Shown here: in pieces, positions 33,408 to 42,951 of the stretch
Layout of the letters: the number at the start of each line of letters is the position of its first letter
Position numbering within the stretch: position 1 is the first letter of the stretch
Source of the DNA: Pelagomonas calceolata
Taxonomy: Eukaryota
Length of the DNA: 64,000 bases
Direction: 5' to 3'
Assembly: GCA_918797485.1 (NCBI GenBank)
Contig: CAKKNE010000005.1
Span: 3,410,001-3,474,000, forward strand
Translations under genes and position numbers: made by a program
Notes under the pieces: generated by a model
What the model was told of the DNA's origin: nothing
Database searches by the model: none
Seen by the model: the letters and a program-made list of their open reading frames with translations, nothing else

Positions 33408-33429
33408 CCAGCGTATGTAAACACACTAG
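33408..33429 (-). promoter_or_regulatory. Upstream element copy 4 (ctagtgtgtttacatacgctgg)
   Basis: Variant between the divergent PGAM and esterase genes. Confidence 0.55.
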
Positions 33430-33542
33430 GTGCAAAGTCGGCCGTCCACCCGGTGGGCAGCCTGCTTACGCCAGACGCCGACTGGTTATCGTTCAGACAG
33501 CGCCTCTCTCCACACGCCGCAGCCGTGCGAGCGTCCACAGAG

Positions 33543-34850
33543 ATGGCAGCCTCCCAGCAACAAAACCGGAGCATCCTCTGCTGGATCATCTTAGGAGCCC
33601 TCGTGCTAACCCTAAACCTCCACTACGTCCTCCTAGGAGAGAGCATCGTCGGGGGCCTCTTCAACTCGCCGCTGTTAGAACCGTTGAACGCAGTCTGGCG
33701 CCACAAGACGATCCAAGCTCTACAAAACGAAGGCGTCCCTCCATCGAATCACACGGAGGACCTGGGCCACGGCCTGCAAATTGATATCTACGAGCCGGAG
33801 CACGATAGCAGTGATGCGAGGCCTGCTGCGTTGTATTTCCACGCCGGGGCCTACGCTCTCGGATTCAAAGAATTAGGAGCGGGCACGATGCGCTTTTTAG
33901 CACATGAAGGTATTGTTGGTATCTCTGTCGGGTATCGGCGGAGTACGAAGAAGGGTTTAGATGGCTCCGTCGACGACGCGGCCCGGGCGTTGGCTTGGGT
34001 CAGGGAACATGCCTCGGAGATAGGAGTGGACCCTTCGCGAGTCTTCGCCGTCGGTGATAGCGCGGGCGGGCACATTGTGCTCGCGCTGGCTTTAGGGTTG
34101 GGGGCGGCATCGAAGGTGAACCCTCCACAAGCTGTAATTGCGGGGTGGCCGGCCGTGGGCACCGAACCGAGACACTGGCTCACGTACTGCGCTGACGAAT
34201 TTGATATGGAAACGTGTAAGGAGTGGGCGGACACGCCTGCTCAAGAGTTGTTGAACGGCACGGCGGCAGGCAACAACGTGTTCCTGCCGCCGGGGAAGCA
34301 TCGGGCGACGGAGGAAGGGACCCATCAAGCCATCGAAGGCGTTTTGTCGCAGATCTTCATGCTGCACGGGAAACGTGCCTACGGAATGTTGCCGCCTCAA
34401 TATGATGCTGAGAGGGCGCAGGCACTCTCGCCGCTCGCTAGAGTAGTAGATGGTTCTGATGATGGGAGCTGCGCCGCGCGCGATGAACCACCACCGGTCA
34501 TGATGTTCGCGGGTCTTAATGACACGGTCGTGCCCTTCGGTCAAGTGCGGCGCTTCGCCGAGGCCTATCGAAGGACGGCGCCCGTGTCGCTATTAGCTTT
34601 TAGGGAGGCGGACCACGGCGGCGGCGGGGCGAACACGCAAAGTGGCAGGGACGCCATCCGCATTTTCTTGAGGCGGCATGGTCTGGGAGGCGCGCCGGGC
34701 GACTCGCTGCGCGGCGACGAGGCCGTCGAGGCGGCCAAACGGGCCTTCCGCGTGCCGCCTGCGTTTGACTACGAGTTTGCGTACGACGAAGATGCGCACG
34801 CGAACGCGACGGTGTACGTCGACCCGGTTTCTTCCGAGGGCGGGGAGTAA
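33543..34850 (+). CDS. Membrane-anchored alpha/beta hydrolase (HSL-like carboxylesterase)
   Basis: YFHAGAY, GDSAGGH, D(TVVP) and H(GGG) triad candidates; N-terminal TM. Confidence 0.85.
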   Translation: MAASQQQNRSILCWIILGALVLTLNLHYVLLGESIVGGLFNSPLLEPLNAVWRHKTIQALQNEGVPPSNHTEDLGHGLQIDIYEPEHDSSDARPAALYFHAGAYALGFKELGAGTMRFLAHEGIVGISVGYRRSTKKGLDGSVDDAARALAWVREHASEIGVDPSRVFAVGDSAGGHIVLALALGLGAASKVNPPQAVIAGWPAVGTEPRHWLTYCADEFDMETCKEWADTPAQELLNGTAAGNNVFLPPGKHRATEEGTHQAIEGVLSQIFMLHGKRAYGMLPPQYDAERAQALSPLARVVDGSDDGSCAARDEPPPVMMFAGLNDTVVPFGQVRRFAEAYRRTAPVSLLAFREADHGGGGANTQSGRDAIRIFLRRHGLGGAPGDSLRGDEAVEAAKRAFRVPPAFDYEFAYDEDAHANATVYVDPVSSEGGE

Positions 34851-35142
34851 TCTTTTGTAGCTAGCGGCTTTACCTAGCGACCAACCCTTCAGCTTCAGTC
34901 TCTTGCATCAGTCTGGCGACACGACTCACAAAGGGCGGCTGCAGAGCAATCGCCATTGTATTTTTGGCGCTGCGACGGCCGGTCTCGACTGTGCTAGCAC
35001 TGCGCAGGTTTGGGACCACCTTGCCTGCCAGCTGGAGCGCCACTGCAACAGCGCTGCCTTCGCGCGCCGTGCAGCAGCGTACAATTTTGGCACTGCACTT
35101 GCCAGCAAAAGCCACTGCAACCGATCGCAGTCATACGCATCG

Positions 35143-36441
35143 ATGCGATACATCATTCTACTGGCCGCGGCCGGCGCGGCCCTGGCACCGTCGCACGTGA
35201 CGAACCGCCGCGCCCTCACCGCCGACGCCCTCGAGACGAAGCGCCTGCAATGCTTCTCGGCCTTCGACGAGTCGGAGACGCGGCTGGCGATGCGGTTGAT
35301 CGCGGCGGCGGAGAGCGAGGAGGCGTCGCTCGCGGACAGCGCCTCTGAGGCGTTCGCGTCGTCGCTGGCGCGGCTCCGGCGGTGCGCCTTCCCGGACGCC
35401 GTCGACGCGCCGTGGCGGGACGAGGAGCTTGCGGCGTGGAATTGGACGGCGCCCCTCGTCTCGGCCTGCGACGATATCGCGCGCGAGCTCCAAACCGTGC
35501 TGGCGGGCGACGCCGACGGATGGGATGGGGCGGAGTACCAGGCGATCGCGGCGGACTGGTCCTTCCTGTCGCTCTGGCAGGGTGGTGGCTTCACGGCCGC
35601 TTCAGATGCGATGCCGAAGACGAAGCGAGCGCTCGAAGCCGCCATGGCCCTCGGGCTACGGATTCATCCGTTGCAGGCGTTTGCCGCCGGGATTGCGAAG
35701 ATGCCTGCAGGGTCGCGCATCTCGCCCCATTGCGACGGAGGCCTGCTATCGTTCACCGCTCACCTCGGGCTGGTTGTACCCGACAAATGCGCCCTCACCG
35801 TCGGCGGGGAGGCGCGACGATGGGACCAAGGCGAATTCTTCGCCTTCGACCCGTCGTGGGTCCACGCGGCGGCGAACGACGGGGACACGGACCGCTACGT
35901 CCTGCTCTTGCAGCCGCTGCGCGACGACGTGCGCGACGACGACGTCGGTGCGGTGGCGCACTACCTCCATCCGAACGTCCACCCGCCCGGCGGCCGCGAG
36001 TACCCGTTCTGGCTCACGCGCGGCGGCCGGGCCCACGCGACGTGGCTCGGATTCAACGATTCGCAGGTCGAGTTGGCGGCGGGTCGTTATGTATCACGAC
36101 GCGATGCGGTTTTAGTTTATCCCGCGCCGGACGAGCTGGGGTGCTTCTCGCCACGGGGATCACACGAGTGGCTCGCCGCGCCGTTCGCCGACGCGTCGAC
36201 GACGGGAGTCGCGGTGGCCGAGACGGTTCGCCCCTGCTTCGTCGGCGTCGACGACGCGGGCGGCGTCGACTGGATCGCCGTCGCGGACGACGAGGCTGAC
36301 GCGGACGCCGTGCTCCGGGACCCGGGACTGTTGCGTTGGGTTCCGCAAGAGGCCGTGGACCAGGTGCCGGTTGCGGCTCCGACGAAACCTTCGCGGCGAC
36401 GGCGGTCGGGCAAGAGGCGGAAGAAGCGGGCTTTCTCGTAG
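35143..36441 (+). CDS. Aspartyl/asparaginyl beta-hydroxylase-like 2OG-Fe(II) oxygenase with signal peptide
   Basis: ISPHCDG, HLGLVVP, FDPSWVHAAAN, RYVLLL. Confidence 0.8.
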   Translation: MRYIILLAAAGAALAPSHVTNRRALTADALETKRLQCFSAFDESETRLAMRLIAAAESEEASLADSASEAFASSLARLRRCAFPDAVDAPWRDEELAAWNWTAPLVSACDDIARELQTVLAGDADGWDGAEYQAIAADWSFLSLWQGGGFTAASDAMPKTKRALEAAMALGLRIHPLQAFAAGIAKMPAGSRISPHCDGGLLSFTAHLGLVVPDKCALTVGGEARRWDQGEFFAFDPSWVHAAANDGDTDRYVLLLQPLRDDVRDDDVGAVAHYLHPNVHPPGGREYPFWLTRGGRAHATWLGFNDSQVELAAGRYVSRRDAVLVYPAPDELGCFSPRGSHEWLAAPFADASTTGVAVAETVRPCFVGVDDAGGVDWIAVADDEADADAVLRDPGLLRWVPQEAVDQVPVAAPTKPSRRRRSGKRRKKRAFS

Positions 36442-36458
36442 AGAGGTGTAAAAAATGT

Positions 36459-36479
36459 CTAGTGTCTTACAGGCGCTAG
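36459..36479 (+). promoter_or_regulatory. Upstream element copy 5 (ctagtgtcttacaggcgctag)
   Basis: 156 bp upstream of ATG 36635. Confidence 0.7.
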
Positions 36480-36634
36480 CTGCGACTGCGGCCACTTGGA
36501 TCGAGCCGTGCGGGACCGCTACCGCGTCTCGTAGCCAAGGAAGTTTTTTTTACGCTCTGTGGAAGCTGCGCATACGACTTGCGCTGCGGCGCCACGATCC
36601 CAGCGCTCAGTAGCGCTAAAGACACAAGGCCCCC

Positions 36635-37858
36635 ATGGGCACCACAGCCAGCAACCTCTTCCGCGGCGGCGCCCCACCGCCGTCGAAGAGGCTCCGCCGC
36701 GCGAGCGACCTGCCCGCCATTCAGAGCGTCGAGGATTTGTTTCCGCCCGAGGTGTTCTTCAAAACCGTCGCGGGCGGCTACTTGGAGGCCGAAGAGATCG
36801 GGAACATAGCTTGTGCGAACCGCCAGTTCAAGGAAACGTCCTACAACCCGCGCATGACTACGGGCCGCGGTTGTATCGCATTGATAGGCCAGGGCTGCTC
36901 GCCGTCCGTCCCCGAGGCGAAGAAGTGGTTCAAGATCGCCGCAGAGCTGCACGGCACGCGCGAAGCGCTATTATTCCTCGGCGAGTGGGCGTCTGGCGGC
37001 ACGACGACATTTATGAAGTTTTTTGTGCGCAGCCGCTCCGCAGACCCCGTCGACCCCGTCGAAGCCGAGACTCTCTTCCGCGCCGCGGTCGCAGCCGACG
37101 ATTCTCCGTCGGAGAGCTACTGCATCTTTGCGCCGGCGGGACACGCGCACGATCTCGCACGAATTGGTCTCGCGACGATGCTCATGAAGAAAGGTGGCGA
37201 CGACGCGCTCGTCGAGGCGGCGAGCTTTCTCGACGCGGTCCTGGACCACGACAATATCCCCGCGACCCAACAACAGATGCGCCGCCCGAACAGCGAGGCG
37301 GGGGCCCTGAGAGCGGAGATAATTCTCCAGCAACAAGCACCTGGGGCGCTGGCCGAGGCGCTCGAGCTCGTGGAAGCCATACCGGCGGCGGACCTCGAAG
37401 GGATCGAAGGGTCGAACTGCGCGTACGTGCTCGGCAAAATTTACAAGGCGCTCGACGAAGAAACTCCGAACGACGAGCACGCGCGACGGGCCTGGGAGCA
37501 CATCAACGCGGCCATGGGCGTGGGCCATCCGCGCGCCGCGTTCGACGTGGGACAGATGGCGGAGCGCGGTCGGGGGACGCCGGTGCACCTGCTCACGGCC
37601 TACACCGGGTACTGCATGGCGGTCAGTAGACCCGTCCCGGACGAGCGCGCGGTCGCGCGTCTGCGCGAAGTCGCGGCGGGCCCGCAAATGCCCGTGGAGC
37701 TCATGGTGGCGATCGTGCGCGTACGTCAGTACAACGCCCAGGCCGATGAAGTCGTCCAGGGCAACGCCACGTTCGAGCAAGCCATGGAACACATGAACGA
37801 CCCCAACCAGACGCTCGCCTTGTTGGGCATCCCGGCGGTGGATCCGGCGCCCCAGTGA
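36635..37858 (+). CDS. F-box-like N-terminus plus Sel1/TPR-like repeats; possible N-myristoylation (MGTTAS)
   Basis: LFPPEVFFKTV...IACANRQFK (F-box-like); EAKKWFKIAAE and AAFDVGQMAERGRG (Sel1-like). Confidence 0.65.
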   Translation: MGTTASNLFRGGAPPPSKRLRRASDLPAIQSVEDLFPPEVFFKTVAGGYLEAEEIGNIACANRQFKETSYNPRMTTGRGCIALIGQGCSPSVPEAKKWFKIAAELHGTREALLFLGEWASGGTTTFMKFFVRSRSADPVDPVEAETLFRAAVAADDSPSESYCIFAPAGHAHDLARIGLATMLMKKGGDDALVEAASFLDAVLDHDNIPATQQQMRRPNSEAGALRAEIILQQQAPGALAEALELVEAIPAADLEGIEGSNCAYVLGKIYKALDEETPNDEHARRAWEHINAAMGVGHPRAAFDVGQMAERGRGTPVHLLTAYTGYCMAVSRPVPDERAVARLREVAAGPQMPVELMVAIVRVRQYNAQADEVVQGNATFEQAMEHMNDPNQTLALLGIPAVDPAPQ

Positions 37859-38142
37859 TTCAGTGCCCCGTACACGAGGCGCGACGCGCGTACGGCCATT
37901 CAGCGGAGGCGTAAGTATGTCCTTGAATCCATACAGGGAGATGTCCCGAGGCTCAGGCTGATTACGTCGCGGGTCCCCCGACACCTCCATCAAAACGGGT
38001 TTTTCGCGGCGTTCGCGTGGCCATCAAGCTAGCACGTAAGGCCACGCTCTGGATTTTACGGGCCTTTTTATCATTCATTTCGCCCAGCGCGGGCATCTGC
38101 TCGCTTTCAGCGCATTGTGAAAAAAAAAACTCACCTATCAAG

Positions 38143-39402
38143 ATGGATGCTGCAGTGGCCAATCTCTCCTTAAGCGACGAACCGACGAGGCGCGTCATCA
38201 CGAACGTCGAGGACATGATGCCGCGCGACGTTTTTTACAAGGTCATCGGAACCTCCTATCTAACGCCGACCGAGCTGCCGCCCGTCGCCGTTTGCAATCG
38301 GTCGTTCAAGGACGCGATGTATCAGCCCAGGATCATCATGTATCGGGCCGCGATCGCGATTAGGAAACTAGCTCTCACAGAGGCTCACAAGTGGTATTCG
38401 ATGGCAGCAGAGCGCTTCGCTCCGTGTCGCGAAGCGTTGATCTTCCTCGGAGAAAGAAGGCGCGGAGAAGATTGGGACCCCGTGGAAGCGGAGCGGCTCA
38501 ACCGCGAGGCGATCGCGGCCGACTCTTCCGCTGACGAAACATATGTGCTTCTGGCACCAGCAGGGTATGCCTTAGACGTCGCTCGCGTTAATCTCGCGAA
38601 GATACTACGGAAACGTGGTGCGTTTGAGGAGGCTGCGTCGTTGCTCCGGGCAGTGTTGGCCCACGATCCAATCAAGGCGAAGAAAAAAGGCACAATGTAC
38701 TACCCCTATCCTTCGGCGCTCATCCTACTCGCGGAGATGATGGTTACTGGCGAGACGCCGGGGCTGCCGACCGAGGCCCTCACCCTCCTCGGGAAGTCAG
38801 TGCTACCGATCAAGCGCACCTTTCGACGGTCACTCGACGGTCACCGCGAGTACGTGCTCTGTCTGACTCACAAGGCGCTCGCCGCGTTTCACGCGCAAGG
38901 TCCCCAGGGCACACACGCGCGCGCGGCCTTCCAACATGCCAACAACGCGTTGAGTTTCGGCTACCGCGAGGCTGTGCAGGAGCTCGGCTTCTGTTTGGAG
39001 GAGGGTTTTGGGACCGAGGTAAACCCGGACCAAGCGTATCCGTTGTTGTTGATGGGCGTTAAATTGAATTTTGTGCGGAGCGTCACGCGCATTCGAGAAA
39101 TTATCTCCGACGACCCGCCCCAGCTGAGGACCTTGCGGCTCATCCAATCGATTCTCACCATGCGCGCGATGGGCCAGCTCACCGACGACGACATGAGCCG
39201 CAACGAGACGCTCGCGGCGGCCTGGCGGTTGACGGAGGAAATCCCTCCCCCAGCAGCTATGGTCCAGGAAATCGCGGCGGGGGTAGCGAACGTGAATGCA
39301 GAAGACCCCGATCACGCAGATCGATTCCCAACGCGCGAGGAAAGCTATGCAGCGTTGGGCATCGATCCGCCGCCGCCGAACCAGGACGACGGCGAGGCCT
39401 AG
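38143..39402 (+). CDS. Tandem paralog of 36635-37858 (F-box-like plus Sel1-like)
   Basis: Shared blocks VEDMMPRDVFYKVI..SYL, NRSFKD, REALIFLGE, DPVEAE, APAGYALDVAR, ALGI. Confidence 0.7.
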   Translation: MDAAVANLSLSDEPTRRVITNVEDMMPRDVFYKVIGTSYLTPTELPPVAVCNRSFKDAMYQPRIIMYRAAIAIRKLALTEAHKWYSMAAERFAPCREALIFLGERRRGEDWDPVEAERLNREAIAADSSADETYVLLAPAGYALDVARVNLAKILRKRGAFEEAASLLRAVLAHDPIKAKKKGTMYYPYPSALILLAEMMVTGETPGLPTEALTLLGKSVLPIKRTFRRSLDGHREYVLCLTHKALAAFHAQGPQGTHARAAFQHANNALSFGYREAVQELGFCLEEGFGTEVNPDQAYPLLLMGVKLNFVRSVTRIREIISDDPPQLRTLRLIQSILTMRAMGQLTDDDMSRNETLAAAWRLTEEIPPPAAMVQEIAAGVANVNAEDPDHADRFPTREESYAALGIDPPPPNQDDGEA

Positions 39403-39450
39403 ATCCGCCCCTTCGCAATACGAGCAGTAAGTACAATAAACCCGATATTA

Positions 39451-40224
39451 TCACCGCCCCGCGAACGAAGGCACCCCTGGAGGCAGCCCGTCATAATCCA
39501 ACAGCATCTCGAGAAGCATCTCCTTCTTCTTCACGTTCGGCATGTCCCCCACGATAGCCCTCAACGCGTCGGCGTCGACGCGCGGCATGGGCTTCGCCGC
39601 CTCGCGCGCGGGCGGCGCCGCGCGCCGCGCGGGCGCCGCGCCGCCGTAGGCCTTGAGGCCGCCCTTCCGCCGTCGGTTCTTGCGGACCGGGCCGCCCGCG
39701 GCCGGCGCTGGGGCGCGACGCCGTTCTAATCGAGGCAGCGCGGCCCCTTGCCGGTAGTGGTCGGCGGCCTTGTTGTGGGGCCGCCCATTCGTTTTTCGCG
39801 CCGGCGGCGCGCGGCGGTCGTCGACCTGGTTCGCCGACAGGCTCCGCGCCTCCTGCAGCACGTTCCGTCGGATCACGTCGGGTAACACGGACGGCCGCGC
39901 GGGCTCGACGGACGGCGGCGGCGGCAGCACGGGCCGCGGCACGCTGAGCCTTTGCACGTTGGGGGACACCGTCGCCGGCAGCAGGTCCCTAGATTGCTGG
40001 TTCGGCGGCGGCGTCAATTGCCCGAGGCCGCCGCTCGCGCCCACAGCCATGGCCGCGGCGGCGGACGACCACAACAATCTCCACTCGGGCGCGATGTCGT
40101 TCGGGCCGACGCCGGCGACGTCCCGCACGATCTCGAGCACGGACCGCGCCGGGGCCCGGTCGCCGTCGGGGCCGAAGTCGTGCGCCGTCGGGGACGCGGC
40201 GCCGGTGGGCGTGTGCACGGCCAT
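39451..40224 (-). CDS. Low-complexity hypothetical protein
   Basis: ORF MAVHTPTG...MLLEMLLDYDGLPPG; no domain recognised and start uncertain. Confidence 0.35.
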   Translation of the reverse strand: MAVHTPTGAASPTAHDFGPDGDRAPARSVLEIVRDVAGVGPNDIAPEWRLLWSSAAAAMAVGASGGLGQLTPPPNQQSRDLLPATVSPNVQRLSVPRPVLPPPPSVEPARPSVLPDVIRRNVLQEARSLSANQVDDRRAPPARKTNGRPHNKAADHYRQGAALPRLERRRAPAPAAGGPVRKNRRRKGGLKAYGGAAPARRAAPPAREAAKPMPRVDADALRAIVGDMPNVKKKEMLLEMLLDYDGLPPGVPSFAGR

Positions 40225-40235
40225 GCTTCTCGCGT

Positions 40236-40341
40236 CGCGTCGATGGCGCAAGGGCTCGACACCCTCGCTATGGGACACTTTATGCTTTTGCGCCGCGTCG
40301 ATGGCGGTGGGGCTCGACACACCCTCGCTATGGGGAACTTT
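40236..40341. repeat. Imperfect tandem duplication (units about 46-48 bp) cgcgtcgatggcg...gggctcgac(ac)accctcgctatggg..acttt
   Basis: Units at 40236-40281 and 40294-40341 seen directly. Confidence 0.8.
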
Positions 40342-41258
40342 GCCTGCCCGATGCGTCGCTGGGCTGCCCCGATTGTGTAGACGTGGAGCCGTGCGTGTGG
40401 TGGCAGCTTAAATGGCGAAACCCCGGAGCCCTGCTCCCTTGGACGGGCGCGGGCGCACAGCTGCTCCGTTGGACTTGCGCGGGCGCACAGCGCTTGGCGC
40501 GCGAACCCGACCGATGATCCACGCATCACCTCGGCGAGCTGCTTGGAGGGCTCCACCCTATCCACCTACATCTGCTCGATAGCCAAGGCCTGGCTCCGCT
40601 AGCTTGCAGCTCTAGCCCAGCGGCCGGCCTAAGCCGGCAGTCGCAAAGCCGCGGTGGGCCGACGGCCCGCGGCGGCTGGGCAGCCGCAGCGCCCCATGGC
40701 CACCCGAGATGCGATAAAAAGCATCGGGAACGGCAGCCGCGGCCTCCGTGCCGCGGCAGCACAAGGCAAAAGACTGCCTTGTGTCGCCGGCCAAAAACCG
40801 CGCGATCGCGGTTTCTGCGGTGCTCGCACCACGGGTACCTTGCCAATGTGGTCAGTGATGGTTCTCATGGCCCTCGGTTGTCGTTTTACGACAGCCCCAA
40901 ACCTAGTAGGTTTTGGGTCTAGAGTCTATCATCTAAGGCTGGGCTCTGCGGGTCAAGGCTTGATTGGCATTCACGCGCAGCTCAGCGTGGGCGCGCATCC
41001 GCTGCTTGATTGCGCAGTGCGTAAACACGTACGCGGGCATCAGGGCTGCCCGCGCACCGCCGGCAGCACCTCTTGGAAGCCCTCAGCCCCATCACAAAGC
41101 CCAAGTGCTGGACCGCAGCTAGCGTGCCGCCGCCCTCCTGCGAGACGACGCGTTGCGGCACTCGTCAGCCGCTCGTCGACGCCAGAAGCCGTCGGACGCA
41201 GCGAAAAGAGTTGTCGCGCCGCGAGACGCGCGCCGACCCGACCCGCGAACGTGACCTC

Positions 41259-42863
41259 ATGGCCCCCGCCAAGAAGTCCGGCACTCGCACGTCGGCTCGC
41301 GTGCGCAAGCCGCCCTCCGTTGCGGGCGACTTTGAGTACGACATGGATCGGCTCTCTTTGCGCTCGCGAGCCAAGTCAAGGCGCGTGGGAACCAAGCGCG
41401 TGGGAACCAAGAAGGCGTCCGGCAACCTCTGTGCCTGCGGTATTTGTGGTGGTAGAGTTTCCCACAAGGGCAACTACCGCCAGGACTGCAAGTACCGCAT
41501 CGCGAACAACCTCAAGTGCGACGCGTCGGGCAAGGCAGCTGCGTCGCGCACGGCGTCGGGGGTCTACTATGGGGGCTACCCCTGTGCCTGCGGCGGCTCG
41601 ACTTGTGGTAGAGTTAAATACGAGGGCAACTACCGCCAGGACTGCGCGTACCGCATCGCGAACGACCTCGAGTGCGACGCGTCGGGCAAGACCGCGGAGT
41701 ACGACGCGGAGTACCTCGCGAGACCAGAAGTCAAGGCGCGGCACGCGGATCCTTTTGGAGGCCATCAGGCCAACATTGCTGCGCGAACCGCGAAGTATCA
41801 CCTCGCGGCGTTGGAGGCGCGCCGGAAGCACAAGCTCTGGAAGGAGTCGCTCGATCCGTTGCAGCTCAAACTGGTGGAGGATGCCGAGGCAGCGATCCAG
41901 GCGGTCTGGGATGCGGAGTCTGAGAGGTGGGCCGAGGCCAAGATCTACGCCAACGGTATCTGCGCGTCGCTCGCGAAGAGCAATCCGGAACTGGCGTTCA
42001 TCTTCGGCCGGGAGTGGGTCGGCACGCGGCTCATCTGCGCGGACGACGAATGGGCCTGCTCGGCGATGCGGGTCAAGGACATGGGCGGGCTCTTGATCCA
42101 CGCGACGAACGTGGCACCGGACCGCCTCGAGCTCGTCGACGGCGAGCCCTTCATGCTCCGGCCGTCGCGAAAAGAGCACCAGTGGGGCAACACGAAGTTC
42201 GTCTACGGCTCGCTCTCGAACGACGCGTCGTTGCCGATCTCGTTCGTCGAGGTGCACAACGGCAAGCGCTTCGTGTCGCTCGCTCGCGAGCAGCCGGCCT
42301 CCAACGCGGTCTACCTCTACATCCTCGACCAGCGCCACGCGCAGTACGAGGACTTCCACCAGGTCTACAGAAGGGGCGGGATTATCACCCAAGCCATGCG
42401 CTTCTTCGCGCGGTGCTGCAAGCCCGTCGACGTCGCGCGCGACACGCCGGGCGTCACGGTCCTCAAGATCTTCTGGAAAGAGGGCGCGCCGGACGTTCCC
42501 TACGTCGAGGTGCTCTACGGCGAGCCGCTGGTCCCCGACTTTTCGTTGAATTGGGACGCAGCGTCGCCGGAGGCGCGCGCGTTTTCGGAGCGCGCGGTGG
42601 CCCGCGCGGCGGAGTTGCGAGAGAAGCGGAAGGCGAAGTTGGAAGGGAGGGCGCCGCCGGCTAGAAAGCGGAAGGCGCCGGCGACGGCGCCGCCGGCGAA
42701 GCGGAGCAAGTGCTCGTCGCAGGCGACCATACCTACCGTCATGAACCGAGATCTCGCCGCCCTGGTCGCGTTCCTGCCCGACGTGCCGGCCTGGCCCGAG
42801 CCAGCGGCGCCGACGCCCGCCGCGCCGCCGGCGTCCGACGATGCTGAGATGGACCTATCGTAG
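41259..42863 (+). CDS. Hypothetical basic protein with two tandem Cys-rich repeats and NLS-like motifs
   Basis: CACGICGGRVSHKGNYRQDCKYRIANNLKCDASGK and CACGGSTCGRVKYEGNYRQDCAYRIANDLECDASGK; PAKRSK and RKRK. Confidence 0.7.
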   Translation: MAPAKKSGTRTSARVRKPPSVAGDFEYDMDRLSLRSRAKSRRVGTKRVGTKKASGNLCACGICGGRVSHKGNYRQDCKYRIANNLKCDASGKAAASRTASGVYYGGYPCACGGSTCGRVKYEGNYRQDCAYRIANDLECDASGKTAEYDAEYLARPEVKARHADPFGGHQANIAARTAKYHLAALEARRKHKLWKESLDPLQLKLVEDAEAAIQAVWDAESERWAEAKIYANGICASLAKSNPELAFIFGREWVGTRLICADDEWACSAMRVKDMGGLLIHATNVAPDRLELVDGEPFMLRPSRKEHQWGNTKFVYGSLSNDASLPISFVEVHNGKRFVSLAREQPASNAVYLYILDQRHAQYEDFHQVYRRGGIITQAMRFFARCCKPVDVARDTPGVTVLKIFWKEGAPDVPYVEVLYGEPLVPDFSLNWDAASPEARAFSERAVARAAELREKRKAKLEGRAPPARKRKAPATAPPAKRSKCSSQATIPTVMNRDLAALVAFLPDVPAWPEPAAPTPAAPPASDDAEMDLS

Positions 42864-42951
42864 AGCTGGCTTGGTTTATAAGTGTGTCATTAATAAATAG
42901 CGGTCCGAGTCCGTCCAGAAACTTGAAAAGAAAAAACACACAAGTTAACCA

